Source of the DNA: an uncultured Chitinophaga sp. | GTDB taxonomy: Bacteria; Bacteroidota; Bacteroidia; NS11-12g; UBA9320 | Assembly (NCBI GenBank): GCA_964617955.1 | Contig: CAZTXB010000015.1 | Span: forward strand, 290 to 64,289 | Reading direction: 5' to 3' | DNA length: 64,000 nucleotides | In this document: positions 27,301-37,731 of the stretch, piece by piece | Position numbering within the stretch: position 1 is the first letter of the stretch | Layout: each line of letters begins with the position of its first letter | Made by a program: the position numbers and the translations under genes | The notes under the pieces: model-generated | Databases searched by the model: none | The model's input: the letters and a program-made list of their open reading frames with translations, nothing else | What the model was told of the DNA's origin: nothing

Positions 27301-27480
27301 ATCGATAAGGTGGATGCTTTTAAAGGAGAGGTTCCGGCACAGTATTTCGAGGTTTATGAATCATTGGCTCGGCAAATTAATGCCGAATTGGAGAAATTTA
27401 ACATGGTAAAAAACATAATGGTGAAGGCCTTTAATGAGAAGGCTATGCAAATAAAAACAGAAGTTATTCAGGTGAAATAA
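24313..27480 (+). CDS. Secreted VPS10/sortilin-like BNR-repeat beta-propeller protein
   Basis: Signal peptide; GPFRGGRS N-terminus; many S.DGG.TW repeats. Confidence 0.85.
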   Translation: MIKKWIQCLFFLWLPALAFSQSFDLGRFSDLKFRSIGPFRGGRSLAVAGHASEPNRFYFGAVGGGVWKTEDGGKIWSCISDTTFKSSSVGAIAVAQSDPRMVYVGMGETDIRGNISFGDGMYKSINGGKKWQKLGLEKTYAIANIVVHPKNPEIVYISALGNPFKPNPERGVYRSKNGGLSWQRVLYKSDSAGCINVVMDPNNSEVLYASLWQCYRTPWSMSSGGRHSGLYKSVDGGDTWQLLSQNEGLPKGLLGKICMAVSPVNSDRVFAMVENANGGLFRSDDAGETWKKITEDKVIQQRPWYFSGVYCHPKNQEIVYVLNVANHKSTDGGKTFNSFWAQHADNHDLWINPENPEIMIIGNDGGGTVSYNGGLSWSEQDFPTGQFYHVSIDNQFPYHIYGAQQDNSSIGISSRSFGWEISKGNWFNAAWGESGYVTAHPFKNELTFGGNYSGTIYRYDRELGYTTSINVYPDEALGDGVAKIKYRFQWTFPILFSPHSTKEKSILYATSQHVHRSFDEGLHWETISPDLTRNDKSKQVSSGGPISKDNTGVEVFNTVFTLAESGIEKGLLWAGSDDGLVHVSKNDGKSWENVTPGMLLENTQISIIEASHFKKAKAYLAGNRFKLGEQGPMLLKTEDFGKTWKRIENGLPKGSVTRVVREDPSCEGLLFCGTETGLFVSFNDGELWQAFNQNLPNTPIHDLAIHPSEHDLVVATHGRGFWVMDNLNIFYKILKEKKVNETILLICRNTFNARGGFYNEPGMQAGVNGPCGMVIDYLLPGAESKELVIKIRNQNGDSLSAFSSTRDKNYMPILISQEYNQAKTAKPLGLLTANKGFNRFVWDMKTADLTKLEGDGQVMWGADLTGPLAFPGSYSVELLLADSLILKTVCSILPDPRFEDQSLESYNKKKGLLDSIIKKVNDTHAAINSMRGIKKQIQAYVGKLNSGADRDSVTKLGKLISDTLTRIENELVQNKAKNIQDLLNYPMKLNNKMAQLIDKVDAFKGEVPAQYFEVYESLARQINAELEKFNMVKNIMVKAFNEKAMQIKTEVIQVK

Positions 27481-27543
27481 ATGACGTTACACATTAAAAG
27501 TAATGGAAGCGCATTCCGGTTTAGAAATTGTGTTGTTCGCAAC

Positions 27544-29892
27544 TCAATAATCTACATACTTCACCAGAATGATGGCATCGGTATTACGCCCCCTGTCGTC
27601 GGTACATGAAATTTTTATTTTGCCTTCTTCAGGGCTAAAGAATTCATTGACTCCTGCCGGTATTTTTTTGTAGAAGCGGTTATTGATGTACCAATAAACA
27701 AATGAAACATCAGGACTTGTTTGACATCGCAATTGCAACGGTTCAGGGTTTTGGCTGCTAATTAAGTATTCGGTTCCATTTTTTGGGAAAACAATATCCG
27801 GATAATTCACCATCGATATTTTATCACAATTGGGGTTATGGGGCGGCAATTGGGCATAGCCGATGTTTTGTTCATTGTACCATGCTTGAATTTCAGGTTG
27901 AATAATTTTTAACCATTTCTTTTTATAACCGGAGACGGGTTGGCAATTTTTGCAATACATAAATTTTTCATCAGCCGTTACGGCAAATTCTTTCATGTGA
28001 TCGCAATCTTTGGATGGGGAGATAAGAGGAATAAAATACTCCATTCGCTGATTCACGCATTGGGGGCCGGGCAAATTTCCCGTTTCTGAACACACCATCC
28101 TCACACTTGCATCCTTCGGCATATGGAACCATTCGTTACTCGAGTTGTAATCGATGGTATTGAAAATTTGAAAAAGCAGGGGTGTGGCAATGGTAGCGCC
28201 ACTTAAGTCGGCGACCCCTTTATTTGAAAAATTGCCAACCCAAACACCCACTGTAAAATTCTGATTGTAACCTATGCTCCAGGCATCCCTTCTGCCATAA
28301 GAAGTCCCGGTTTTCCATGCTATTTTAGGCAATTTACTGCTGTTTTCATAGCCTTGTGGGAGGTCGGGCCTGGCCACTTTCGACAAGATATCGGTAATCA
28401 TAAAATTAGCTGCAGGGCTCAATATGCGAATCCCTTTTTGTTTTTTTTGAAAATCGCAATACCTGGGTTTGATGTAAACACCCTGGTGGGCATAAGCTGA
28501 AAACAGTCCTACCATTTCCTCCAGGGTCACGCCGCAACCTCCAAGAATTAATGAAAGGCCCAGTTTGTTTTTGTCCCTAGCAATTTGCTTAAAATCGCAG
28601 GCTACCAATTTGCTTAACATGGCATTCTTTCCCAAGGCATTGAGGGCGTTAACCGCAGGAATATTCAGTGAATTCTCAAGTGCATACGTAAGGGTCACCG
28701 GTCCCTTAAAAGTTTGGTCATAGTTTTCCGGAGCGTACCCTTTGATGTTGATAGGCACATCCGACACAACCGTTTGCGGCGCAAACAGTCCCTGATCGAA
28801 ACAAAGGCCGTAGAGCAAAGGCTTAAGCGCACTGCCCGGTTGTCGAATAGCATTTGCTCCATTCACCTGCCCGGCGTCGGCTCTGTTTTCAAAATCGGCC
28901 GAACCAATATAGGCCACGATCCTTTGGGTGCGGTTATCAATCACCACACAGGCAGCATTTTGAATATCTAAGGCATTGAGAGCTTTAACCTGATCCCCAA
29001 TTATTTTTTCGAGCTTCCATTGCATATTCATATTTAAAAAAGTGCGAATATTTTGCTCAGGAAAGCTGTGTTTGAGCCGAATGGAAAGATGGGGTGCGAA
29101 TTTGGGAGTTTCTCTTCGATGAGCAGTCAATGGTTCGCTCAGGGCGTCCTCAATTTCTTTTTTTGTAAAAAGCTTTTGGGATTGCCATTTTCTGAGCCAG
29201 CGATTTCGCTCTTTTAAAATATAGGCATTGGAAGGCCCTAAATGCAATGATGTTGGGCGATTGGGAATAATAGATAAAGCGGCAATTTCGGCCAGACTTA
29301 GATTCATCGGTTTTTTTTGAAAATAGATGATAGAGGCTGATTTTACGCCTTCCACATTGCTGCCATAGGGAAGCAAGTTGATGTACAGTTGAAAAATTTC
29401 AGCTTTGCTCAACTTCCATTCCAGCTGAAATGCCCTGAAAATTTCGATACATTTTCCCAAGTAAGTGCGCCTTTTGGGTTCGAGCAAACGGGCCACCTGC
29501 ATGGTAATGGTCGAAGCCCCACTCACTCTTTTGCGTTTAAAAATATTTTGAAAAAATGCTCTACATATGGAAACAGGGTTCACTCCTGGATGGCCATAAA
29601 AATGACGGTCCTCCTTAAAAATCAGGGTTTTTTTTAACAGCGGGGAGATTTCATTCAATTCGGTTTTCATTCGCCACTTATCCTGTTGATTCAAAAAGGC
29701 GTGGATCACATTTCCTCTTTCGTCTGTAATGCCGGTAGAGTAGCTCAATTTTAAAGAAATAGGGAATAAAAAATTAAGGAGAAGAAAACTTAGAAATAAA
29801 AATATAAAAAGGTAAAAAGCATAAAAGGCCCTTCTTACAGCCTTAGGCCTGGAGCGCATCCATTTTTTATAATCATTTTGCAGGTTCTGCAT
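27544..29892 (-). CDS. pbpC: Penicillin-binding protein 1C
   Basis: Transglycosylase EDRHFY.HPGVN and GASTITMQ; transpeptidase SALK and KTGT motifs; adjacent to alpha-2-macroglobulin. Confidence 0.93.
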   Translation of the reverse strand: MQNLQNDYKKWMRSRPKAVRRAFYAFYLFIFLFLSFLLLNFLFPISLKLSYSTGITDERGNVIHAFLNQQDKWRMKTELNEISPLLKKTLIFKEDRHFYGHPGVNPVSICRAFFQNIFKRKRVSGASTITMQVARLLEPKRRTYLGKCIEIFRAFQLEWKLSKAEIFQLYINLLPYGSNVEGVKSASIIYFQKKPMNLSLAEIAALSIIPNRPTSLHLGPSNAYILKERNRWLRKWQSQKLFTKKEIEDALSEPLTAHRRETPKFAPHLSIRLKHSFPEQNIRTFLNMNMQWKLEKIIGDQVKALNALDIQNAACVVIDNRTQRIVAYIGSADFENRADAGQVNGANAIRQPGSALKPLLYGLCFDQGLFAPQTVVSDVPINIKGYAPENYDQTFKGPVTLTYALENSLNIPAVNALNALGKNAMLSKLVACDFKQIARDKNKLGLSLILGGCGVTLEEMVGLFSAYAHQGVYIKPRYCDFQKKQKGIRILSPAANFMITDILSKVARPDLPQGYENSSKLPKIAWKTGTSYGRRDAWSIGYNQNFTVGVWVGNFSNKGVADLSGATIATPLLFQIFNTIDYNSSNEWFHMPKDASVRMVCSETGNLPGPQCVNQRMEYFIPLISPSKDCDHMKEFAVTADEKFMYCKNCQPVSGYKKKWLKIIQPEIQAWYNEQNIGYAQLPPHNPNCDKISMVNYPDIVFPKNGTEYLISSQNPEPLQLRCQTSPDVSFVYWYINNRFYKKIPAGVNEFFSPEEGKIKISCTDDRGRNTDAIILVKYVDY

Positions 29893-30017
29893 TTGGTCCC
29901 TTATCCGATATTAAAATTGGTTTCCAAATGTAAACCCGAAATATTTGGGTACCATTAAATGTGAAACAGTTTAAACAAATAATTATTGTTTTGTTAAAGC
30001 TTAAAATCAAAATCTAC

Positions 30018-30170
30018 CCACCCTGATAAGTTACCACACGAACCAGGGCGATGAAGTTAATGAAGGATAAGAGGTTTGGTTCCGATTCGTGAGGACACGA
30101 ATCAGGGCGAATAGGTTTAGTAAAATCATTTTGTTTTAGGATGTTACCGCCCTGATTCGTGTCCCCACTA
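30018..30170. repeat. REP-like repeat cluster
   Basis: CACACGAACCAGGGCG (30035-30050), GACACGAATCAGGGCG (30094-30109) and its perfect inverse CGCCCTGATTCGTGTC (30148-30163); hairpin GATTCGTG-AGGA-CACGAATC. Confidence 0.6.
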
Positions 30171-30437
30171 TTCGGGAGATGGTAAGAAAATAAAAGAACA
30201 CCTCGGTAACAATAAACGAAAAGAATCTAGTGTCATAAAGCCTATTTATTATCCGAATACATTAAAATTTAAGGTCTGAAAAATATTTTTCAAAAGCATA
30301 TATCAATTAGATGAAACCTTGCGTTTTATGCTTGTCCATGTCGGAATTAAATTCTTAATTGCAAAGCAGCCAATTAACCCGTTAAGCTTCACTTACCCAT
30401 GCAATTCCCGACATCTTATTACAAAAAATCATTTAGA

Positions 30438-33400
30438 ATGTCTTTTCATAAAGTTGCTCAGCTCTTCCTTTTCGTTTGTATTTTTTTTTCATGTTCAAAC
30501 AAAAATCAGGTACACCTGTCGGAGACCAATTGTCGTGACGAGGTTCCGGTGTTAGGGAATTTAACATTTTTGTTTGACAAAAACCTTGCTGCTGACAGTT
30601 TGCTCAACAAATGGTCGGACAAGGAATACATTCGGTTTACACCCTCGATAAAGGGAAAGTTTCAATGGAAAAATGCCAATGAGCTTATCTTTTCACCTGA
30701 AGAAGAATTGGCAGCTGCTACCCAATACAAAGCAGTTTTTAAAAAGGAAATCATTGCGAATACAAAGTATAAGATAGGCGCACTGAATGACCTTAGCTTT
30801 CACACGCCTTATTTAACCCTGAATTTTGCGAACGCCTCGTGGATTAAACCCGATGAAATGTCAAATCAAATTGTAGCAGATATAGGTCTTACCTTTAATT
30901 ATAAGATCAACCCAAATGATTTAACCGAATTACTCACCATTAAATCCGGATCGGATAATCTGGATTTTAAAGTGCTCTCAAGTGATAAAAGTGTCATGGT
31001 CAATATTCGCCTCACAAGCTTAAAAGCCGAGGACAAGGATGTGAGACTTAAGTTGGAACTCGCTTCCGGACTTAAACCCATTGGTGGGAATCAGGCAACA
31101 GAAAAAAGCATAGAGGCAGAGGTGTACTTGGCATCCCCCTATAGCCTGGTCATCTTAAACCAAGAAGCAGATCACGACGGCATCGGTGCCCATATTAAGC
31201 TCTATACCAGTCAAAAAATTTCCTCAGAAACCGCCCTTTCCGCATACATCTCTTTCGAACCGCAGGTGAAGTTTAAGGCACAAACAGCAGAAGATGGAAT
31301 AGTTATCACATCCGACGGCTTCGACCAGACTAAATCCTACCAAATCACCATTAAAAAAGGGTTGAAAGGAAGTATAGGAGGCACTTTAAAGGAGGACTAC
31401 AGCAATGCCGTTGTTTTTGGCAAACTCGAACCTACCATAAGCTTTATGGACTCTAAAGGCATTTACCTCGCCGGAAAGGGCCATAAAAATCTTGAAATAA
31501 AAATTAACAATGTAGAAAAGGTCAAGGTTATCATTTCCAAAATTTATGAAAACAATATTCTGAACGCAAGGCGCAATGGCTATTACCCTTCAGAAAGCAG
31601 CGAAGAAGACTATGACTATGAGGAAGAGAGCAACGAAGGCAACCATGGATATTATGGCAGCGATTACGATTACGAAGTTGGCGACGTGGTGTATGAAAAA
31701 GAGTATACCACCAAAAGTTTGCCTAAAAGAGGAAGCAGCCGATTGCTTCATTTTGATTTTCCGGATGCCCTTAAGGAGTTTAAAGGCATTTACCATATAA
31801 AGGTATCCTCAAATGATCATTATTATTTAAGAGACAGCAAATTCATTTCCTTGTCCGACCTTGGCCTTATAGCCCATATGGGCAAAAATCAGGTGTATGT
31901 ATTTGTCAACTCCCTTCAAAGCACAAATTCCTTAGCCGGAGTACAGCTGTCACTTTACGGCAATAACAATCAAAAAATAGGTTCAGGCACCACCAATATT
32001 AGCGGTTATGCCGAAATAAAACTCATCAATCAGAGCATGGCAGGATTTAAGCCGGCCATGGTGGTAGCCAAAAGTGGAAGTGACTTTAACTATATGCCAT
32101 TCAACAGCACCATGGTAGAAACTTCACGGTTTGATGTCGGTGGAATTCGCTCCAACTCGACCGGACTGAGGGCCTATGTTTATGGTGACAGAGACATTTA
32201 CCGCCCCGGAGAAAAAATTAATTTTTCGGCCATCATTCGCAATGAATTGTGGCAATCGCCCGGCACTATACCGGTAAAAATAAAAATTTTATTGCCCAAT
32301 GGCAAAGATTTAAAAACCTTTAAAAAATCGCTCAATGACCAAGGTTCCATGGAATCATCGGTTGAGCTATCGCCTTCGGCGGTGAGCGGCCATTATGTGA
32401 TTGAAATATACACGTCCAACGATGTGTTATTAAGTACCAAGGCCATTATGGTAGAAGAATTTATGCCCGACCGAATAAAAGTGAAAGTCGATTTAGACAA
32501 GCCCAATTATAAACCCGGTGATTCAATGCGCATGAAAATTTTGGCGGAGAATTACTTCGGACCGCCTGCGGCCAATCGCAATTATGAGTGCGCCATTCAA
32601 ATAAAATCAAAAAGCTTTGACTCTAAAAAATTTAAAAAATATAATTTCAGCTTAAGCAATGCCGACAACAACTATGAGAATACAACCCTCGAAGGCAAAA
32701 CCGATGCGAATGGCAGAGCGCAAACAAGTTACGGCATACCGGGCTATTTAGGCGACAGAGGACTTTTGCAGGCTAACTTTTATACCACGGTATTCGATGA
32801 AACAGGTCGACCTGTAAGTCGTATCGCCAGTACTGAAATTGTAACCCAGGATGTCTTTTATGGCGTTCAGAACCCGGGATATTACTATTGTCAGCTCAAC
32901 CAGCCAATTCGTTTCCATATGGTGGCCGTGAACAAGGACGACCAGCCTTTAAACAATGCCAGAACCAAAATAGTAGTGATAAAAAATGAATACAAAACCG
33001 TTTTAAGTCGGAGCGGCGAATACTTTCGCTATGAATCTCAATTGCACAAGAAAACCATGGAAGAGAAGACTGTGTTGTTGAATGGCGCCAGTTCTTACTA
33101 TCAGTACATTCCAAGAACCCCTGGTGATTATGAGATTAGAGTCGCTAGACCCGGTTCAAACACCTACGTCAGCACCTCATTTTACAGTTATGGCTGGTGG
33201 GGCGAGTATGGCAGTGGATTTGAAGTAAACCGCGAAGGAAACATAGATATAGAATGCGATAAAGAACATTATGAAACAGGCACATCGGCGAGGCTATTGT
33301 TTAAAACGCCATTTAATGGAAAACTTCTGGTGACTTTAGAGTCGGATGAGGTGCTCGAGCATCACTATGTCGACGTCAAAAACCGTTCAGCTTCTCTATC

Positions 33401-35855
33401 CATTAACCTTAATAAAAAATCTATACCCAATGTTTACGTTTCGGCGACTTTGATAAAGCCACATCAGGAAAGTGAAATGCCCCTTACAGTGGCTCATGGG
33501 TATAAGTCGATTCAGGTGGAAGAATCGGCCCGAAAAATTCCTGTGAAAATCATAGCATCCGCATCGGTTCGATCACGAACTAAGCAGAAGGTAGTGGTGA
33601 AGGCTAAACCGGGTTCAAAAATTACCTTATCGGCAGTAGATGAAGGCATATTGCAACTTACCGCCTATAAGAGCCCGGATCCTTATGCCTTTTTCTATGC
33701 AAAAAAGGCCTTACAGGTCAGTGCCTTCGATATTTACCCCTTGCTCTTGCCTGAGCTTAGAAGTAGCGTTAGCTTTACCGGAGGCGATGGATATGACTTA
33801 AAGAAAAGGGTCAATCCGTTGCCAAACAAAAGGGTGAAATTGGTATCGTCGTGGAGTGGAATAGCTGATGCCATGAGCGGAGAGCTGGCTTTTGAAATTG
33901 ACATACCGCAATTTTCAGGCGAAATCAGATTGATGGCTGTGGCTTACCAGGATGAAAATTTTGGTTTTGCTGAAGAAAAAATGAAAGTTGCCGACCCCTT
34001 GGTTATCAGTACTTCGTTGCCTAGGTTTTTAAGTCCGGGCGACACCGTGTTGGTTCCCATTACCATAAGCAACACTACAGCAAAGAACGGAACAGGTAAA
34101 GTAAAAATAGTGAGCCGCGGTCCTCTCAAGGTATTTGGGGTTCAAAATCAAGGAATCGAGCTGGCAGCAAACAATGAGACCAGAGTCATCTATAAAATTG
34201 TAGCAGACCCAAAATTGAGTGCTTGTAAACTGAGCGTGGAAGTAAAAGCCTTTGGCGAAACCTTTACCGAAGATCTCGACATCACCATACGGCCGAGCAC
34301 CTCCTTGCAAAAAAGAACGGAATCAGGGATTATACAGGCAGGACAATCCAAAATAATCAATCTAGCCCTTTCCGGTTTTATGGAGTCGAGTGTAAACAGA
34401 AATCTCATTCTCAGCAAATCGCCAATGGTTGAATTTGCTGATCAGCTCAGGTATTTGTTACAGTATCCATATGGGTGCACGGAACAAACCGTAAGCGCTG
34501 CATTCCCGCAATTGTATTTGAGCGATTTGGCCGACTTAATGAATCTTAAGGATAACAATAAGGCCACCGCCAATTACAACGTGAATGAAGCCATACGAAA
34601 AATAAAAATGAGGCAATTGTATAACGGTGCTCTCACCTTATGGGACGATGAAGGATCAGAAAACTGGTGGGCCACTGCCTATGCTGCACATTTTTTATTG
34701 GAGGCCAGTAAAGCCGGGTATGAGTGTGAAGAGGCCTTGTTGAATAAAATTCTGGAATATTTAAAAAATAAAGTGAAGACGCGCGAGTTCACCACATTTT
34801 ATTACAACCGAAATGAAAACAAGCGCATTGCACCAAAGGAACTTTCGTATAGCTTATTCGTGCTGGCCCTGGCAGGCAAGCCTGATATTGGAACCATGAA
34901 TTATTACAAGCAAAACAAGGCGTTATTGGCCCTCGACAGTCGGTATTTATTATCGGCGGCTTACGCCATGGCAGGAGATAAGTCAAAATCAAGGGATTTG
35001 TTGCCACAATCCTTTTCGGGCGAAATTGCCCTTAAGGAAAGTGGAGGAAGTTTCAGTTCAGATTTGAGAGACGAAGGAGTGGCCTTGTACTCACTTCTTC
35101 AAATAGATGCCACAAATCCACAGATAGGCATCATGGCCTCACATGTGAGTCAGGCTTTAAAAAACCGATTGTATTTAAGCACGCAGGAAAGGGCCTTCGG
35201 CCTTTTGGCCTTAGGTAAAATCGCAAGGGAAAATAAGGGTGCCAAGATCAATTTCACCGTTAAACTGGATGGCAAGGAAATAGGAAACAGCAGCGGGCAA
35301 ACCCTTGTGCTATCGGGTAACAGTTTGGCAGGAAAAGCAATAACCATTGCAGGCACCGGTCAGGGAAAACTCTATTACACCCTGGTAAGCGAAGGCATCA
35401 GCAGTAGAGGAGATTACAAAGAAGAAGACAGTTACATTAAAGTAAGAAAACAATTTTTCGACCGTTACGGCAAGCAAATTGTGAACAACACCTTCAAATT
35501 AAACGATTTGGTGGTGGTTGGAATAAGCATTGAAAGTGCCTATACTTCAAATATTGAAAATATTGTAATCACCGATATGTTGCCGGCAGGGTTTGAAATT
35601 GAAAATCCGCGAATTAAAGAGATACCTGGCATGCAATGGATTATGAATGAAAATTATCCAACCCATAGGGATATACGCGACGACAGAATTAATTTATTTA
35701 TAAACCTTACCGGACAGCGCCAAACCTACTTTTATGCTGTAAGAGCCGTTACGGCCGGCAATTACAACATGGGACCGGTGATGGCTGATGCCATGTATCA
35801 AGGCGAAATACACTCCTATCATGGCGCAGGAAAAATAAAAATATTGGGAAGATAA
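30438..35855 (+). CDS. Bacterial alpha-2-macroglobulin lipoprotein
   Basis: Lipobox FFSC after ATG 30438; DRDIYRPGE MG2 motif; thioester motif YPYGCTEQ. Confidence 0.93.
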   Translation: MSFHKVAQLFLFVCIFFSCSNKNQVHLSETNCRDEVPVLGNLTFLFDKNLAADSLLNKWSDKEYIRFTPSIKGKFQWKNANELIFSPEEELAAATQYKAVFKKEIIANTKYKIGALNDLSFHTPYLTLNFANASWIKPDEMSNQIVADIGLTFNYKINPNDLTELLTIKSGSDNLDFKVLSSDKSVMVNIRLTSLKAEDKDVRLKLELASGLKPIGGNQATEKSIEAEVYLASPYSLVILNQEADHDGIGAHIKLYTSQKISSETALSAYISFEPQVKFKAQTAEDGIVITSDGFDQTKSYQITIKKGLKGSIGGTLKEDYSNAVVFGKLEPTISFMDSKGIYLAGKGHKNLEIKINNVEKVKVIISKIYENNILNARRNGYYPSESSEEDYDYEEESNEGNHGYYGSDYDYEVGDVVYEKEYTTKSLPKRGSSRLLHFDFPDALKEFKGIYHIKVSSNDHYYLRDSKFISLSDLGLIAHMGKNQVYVFVNSLQSTNSLAGVQLSLYGNNNQKIGSGTTNISGYAEIKLINQSMAGFKPAMVVAKSGSDFNYMPFNSTMVETSRFDVGGIRSNSTGLRAYVYGDRDIYRPGEKINFSAIIRNELWQSPGTIPVKIKILLPNGKDLKTFKKSLNDQGSMESSVELSPSAVSGHYVIEIYTSNDVLLSTKAIMVEEFMPDRIKVKVDLDKPNYKPGDSMRMKILAENYFGPPAANRNYECAIQIKSKSFDSKKFKKYNFSLSNADNNYENTTLEGKTDANGRAQTSYGIPGYLGDRGLLQANFYTTVFDETGRPVSRIASTEIVTQDVFYGVQNPGYYYCQLNQPIRFHMVAVNKDDQPLNNARTKIVVIKNEYKTVLSRSGEYFRYESQLHKKTMEEKTVLLNGASSYYQYIPRTPGDYEIRVARPGSNTYVSTSFYSYGWWGEYGSGFEVNREGNIDIECDKEHYETGTSARLLFKTPFNGKLLVTLESDEVLEHHYVDVKNRSASLSINLNKKSIPNVYVSATLIKPHQESEMPLTVAHGYKSIQVEESARKIPVKIIASASVRSRTKQKVVVKAKPGSKITLSAVDEGILQLTAYKSPDPYAFFYAKKALQVSAFDIYPLLLPELRSSVSFTGGDGYDLKKRVNPLPNKRVKLVSSWSGIADAMSGELAFEIDIPQFSGEIRLMAVAYQDENFGFAEEKMKVADPLVISTSLPRFLSPGDTVLVPITISNTTAKNGTGKVKIVSRGPLKVFGVQNQGIELAANNETRVIYKIVADPKLSACKLSVEVKAFGETFTEDLDITIRPSTSLQKRTESGIIQAGQSKIINLALSGFMESSVNRNLILSKSPMVEFADQLRYLLQYPYGCTEQTVSAAFPQLYLSDLADLMNLKDNNKATANYNVNEAIRKIKMRQLYNGALTLWDDEGSENWWATAYAAHFLLEASKAGYECEEALLNKILEYLKNKVKTREFTTFYYNRNENKRIAPKELSYSLFVLALAGKPDIGTMNYYKQNKALLALDSRYLLSAAYAMAGDKSKSRDLLPQSFSGEIALKESGGSFSSDLRDEGVALYSLLQIDATNPQIGIMASHVSQALKNRLYLSTQERAFGLLALGKIARENKGAKINFTVKLDGKEIGNSSGQTLVLSGNSLAGKAITIAGTGQGKLYYTLVSEGISSRGDYKEEDSYIKVRKQFFDRYGKQIVNNTFKLNDLVVVGISIESAYTSNIENIVITDMLPAGFEIENPRIKEIPGMQWIMNENYPTHRDIRDDRINLFINLTGQRQTYFYAVRAVTAGNYNMGPVMADAMYQGEIHSYHGAGKIKILGR

Positions 35856-35861
35856 GAGGCC

Positions 35862-36860
35862 CTAGGATAGAATAAGATTATTCTGAACCAAATATTCGGC
35901 AATTTGTACCGCGTTGGTGGCCGCTCCTTTTCGTAAATTATCCGAAACTACCCACATGTTGAGCGTTTTGGGCTGTGTTTCGTCCCTCCTAATTCTACCT
36001 ACAAAAACATCATCCTTGCCTTCGGCGGTCATTGGCATAGGGTACACCTTGTTGTCGGTGTCGTCCTGCAGGGTAATTCCCGGAAAATCTGAGAGTAATT
36101 TTCTAATTTGGGTTAATTCAAACTCATTTTCAAACTCAACGTTTACCGATTCGGAGTGACCCCCCATAACCGGAATACGTACAGTCGTAGCAGTTACTCT
36201 GATGGAGTCGTCCCCCATTATTTTTTTAGTTTCGTTCACCATTTTCATCTCTTCCTTGGTGTAGCCGTTGGCGGTGAACACATCTATCTGTGGGATGACA
36301 TTTTTATCAATCTTGTATGGATACGCCATGGGACCATTGATTCCTTCGCGTTCGTTCATCATTTGGGTCACTGCGTTAATGCCGGTTCCTGTTACCGATT
36401 GGTAAGTAGACACTACCACCCTTTTTACTTTAAACACGTCGTGAAGTGGTTTGAGTGCTACCACCATTTGAATGGTACTGCAATTTGGGTTGGCAATAAT
36501 TTTATCGCTTGTTTCGAGAATGTTGGCGTTTACTTCGGGTACCACTAATTTTTTGGTAGGGTCCATTCGCCATGCCGAGGAGTTATCGATAACTGTAATT
36601 CCTGCCTCTGCAAATAATGGTGCCCATTGTTCGGAAACTTTCCCACCTGCCGAAAAAATGGCAATATGAGGACGTTTTAAAATAGCTGTTTGAAGACCAA
36701 CGATTTCAATGGCCTGGTTTTTAAACATAATTTTCTTTCCAACCGAGTTTTCACTTGCCACGGCAATTAATTCGGAAACAGGAAAATTCCTTTCTTCCAA
36801 TACTTTTAACATGGTGCTGCCCACCAATCCAGTGGCGCCTACCACCGCTACTTTATACAT
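35862..36860 (-). CDS. asd: Aspartate-semialdehyde dehydrogenase
   Basis: VAVVGATGLVG, ANPNCSTIQ, GHSESV and DNLRKGAA motifs. Confidence 0.97.
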   Translation of the reverse strand: MYKVAVVGATGLVGSTMLKVLEERNFPVSELIAVASENSVGKKIMFKNQAIEIVGLQTAILKRPHIAIFSAGGKVSEQWAPLFAEAGITVIDNSSAWRMDPTKKLVVPEVNANILETSDKIIANPNCSTIQMVVALKPLHDVFKVKRVVVSTYQSVTGTGINAVTQMMNEREGINGPMAYPYKIDKNVIPQIDVFTANGYTKEEMKMVNETKKIMGDDSIRVTATTVRIPVMGGHSESVNVEFENEFELTQIRKLLSDFPGITLQDDTDNKVYPMPMTAEGKDDVFVGRIRRDETQPKTLNMWVVSDNLRKGAATNAVQIAEYLVQNNLILS

Positions 36861-36863
36861 AAA

Positions 36864-37721
36864 TTAAATAAATTGAGTTTTAAATTTTTTTTCAGGTACT
36901 TCTTTGCCATTCAGCTTGCCAAGCAATTTTACCTTGTTAAGCAAATCAGAGAACTGTTCAAATCTGAGCGACTGAGGTCCGTCACTTAGGGCTTTTTCGG
37001 GGTTATTATGAACCTCTACCATCAATCCGTCAGCGCCTGCTGCCACGGCAGCCAAAGACAGGGGTGAAACAAGGTCGCGGTTACCGGTAGCCTGGCTTGG
37101 ATCAGCCATTACAGGAAGGTGCGACAATTGTTTAATGAGGGCAATGGAGGCTATATCCATGGTGTTTCGGGTGGTATGGTCAAAAGTTCTTATTCCTCTT
37201 TCGCATAGAATAACCTTTTGATTTCCCCCCATCAAGATGTATTCGGCAGCCAGCAACCATTCATCCAGCGTTGCATCCATACCTCTTTTAAGCATTATAG
37301 GTTTATCGGTCTTACCAAGTTCTTTTAAAAAGTGGTAATTTTTCATATTTCGAGCCCCAATTTGAAGTATGTCGGTATGGGGGTAAACAACATCTAAAAG
37401 GCTTAAATCCAATACCTCTGTAATCACCGCCATATCGAATTTTTGGGAAACGGCCTTCAGATATTTCAATCCATTGAGTCCAAGTCCTTGAAAAGAATAT
37501 GGGGAAGTACGCGGTTTATAGGCCCCACCTCGCATAATCCGTATGCCTTTGGTGCTTAAAAACTCACCAATGGTAAAGAGTTGTTCTTCGGACTCAACAG
37601 CACAAGGGCCGGCAATAATGGCTAGGTCATCGCCACCAATGCGTATGCCATTTACCTCAATCACTGTTTGGGGATTTTCGAGGGTTTTTTTAACTAGTGG
37701 ATATGCATCCTTAAAAGCCAT
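36864..37721 (-). CDS. aroF: DAHP synthase, type I-beta
   Basis: IAGPCAVES, RGGAYKPRTSPYSFQG, KRG and CERGIR motifs. Confidence 0.92.
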   Translation of the reverse strand: MAFKDAYPLVKKTLENPQTVIEVNGIRIGGDDLAIIAGPCAVESEEQLFTIGEFLSTKGIRIMRGGAYKPRTSPYSFQGLGLNGLKYLKAVSQKFDMAVITEVLDLSLLDVVYPHTDILQIGARNMKNYHFLKELGKTDKPIMLKRGMDATLDEWLLAAEYILMGGNQKVILCERGIRTFDHTTRNTMDIASIALIKQLSHLPVMADPSQATGNRDLVSPLSLAAVAAGADGLMVEVHNNPEKALSDGPQSLRFEQFSDLLNKVKLLGKLNGKEVPEKKFKTQFI

Positions 37722-37731
37722 ATTTAAGCGG

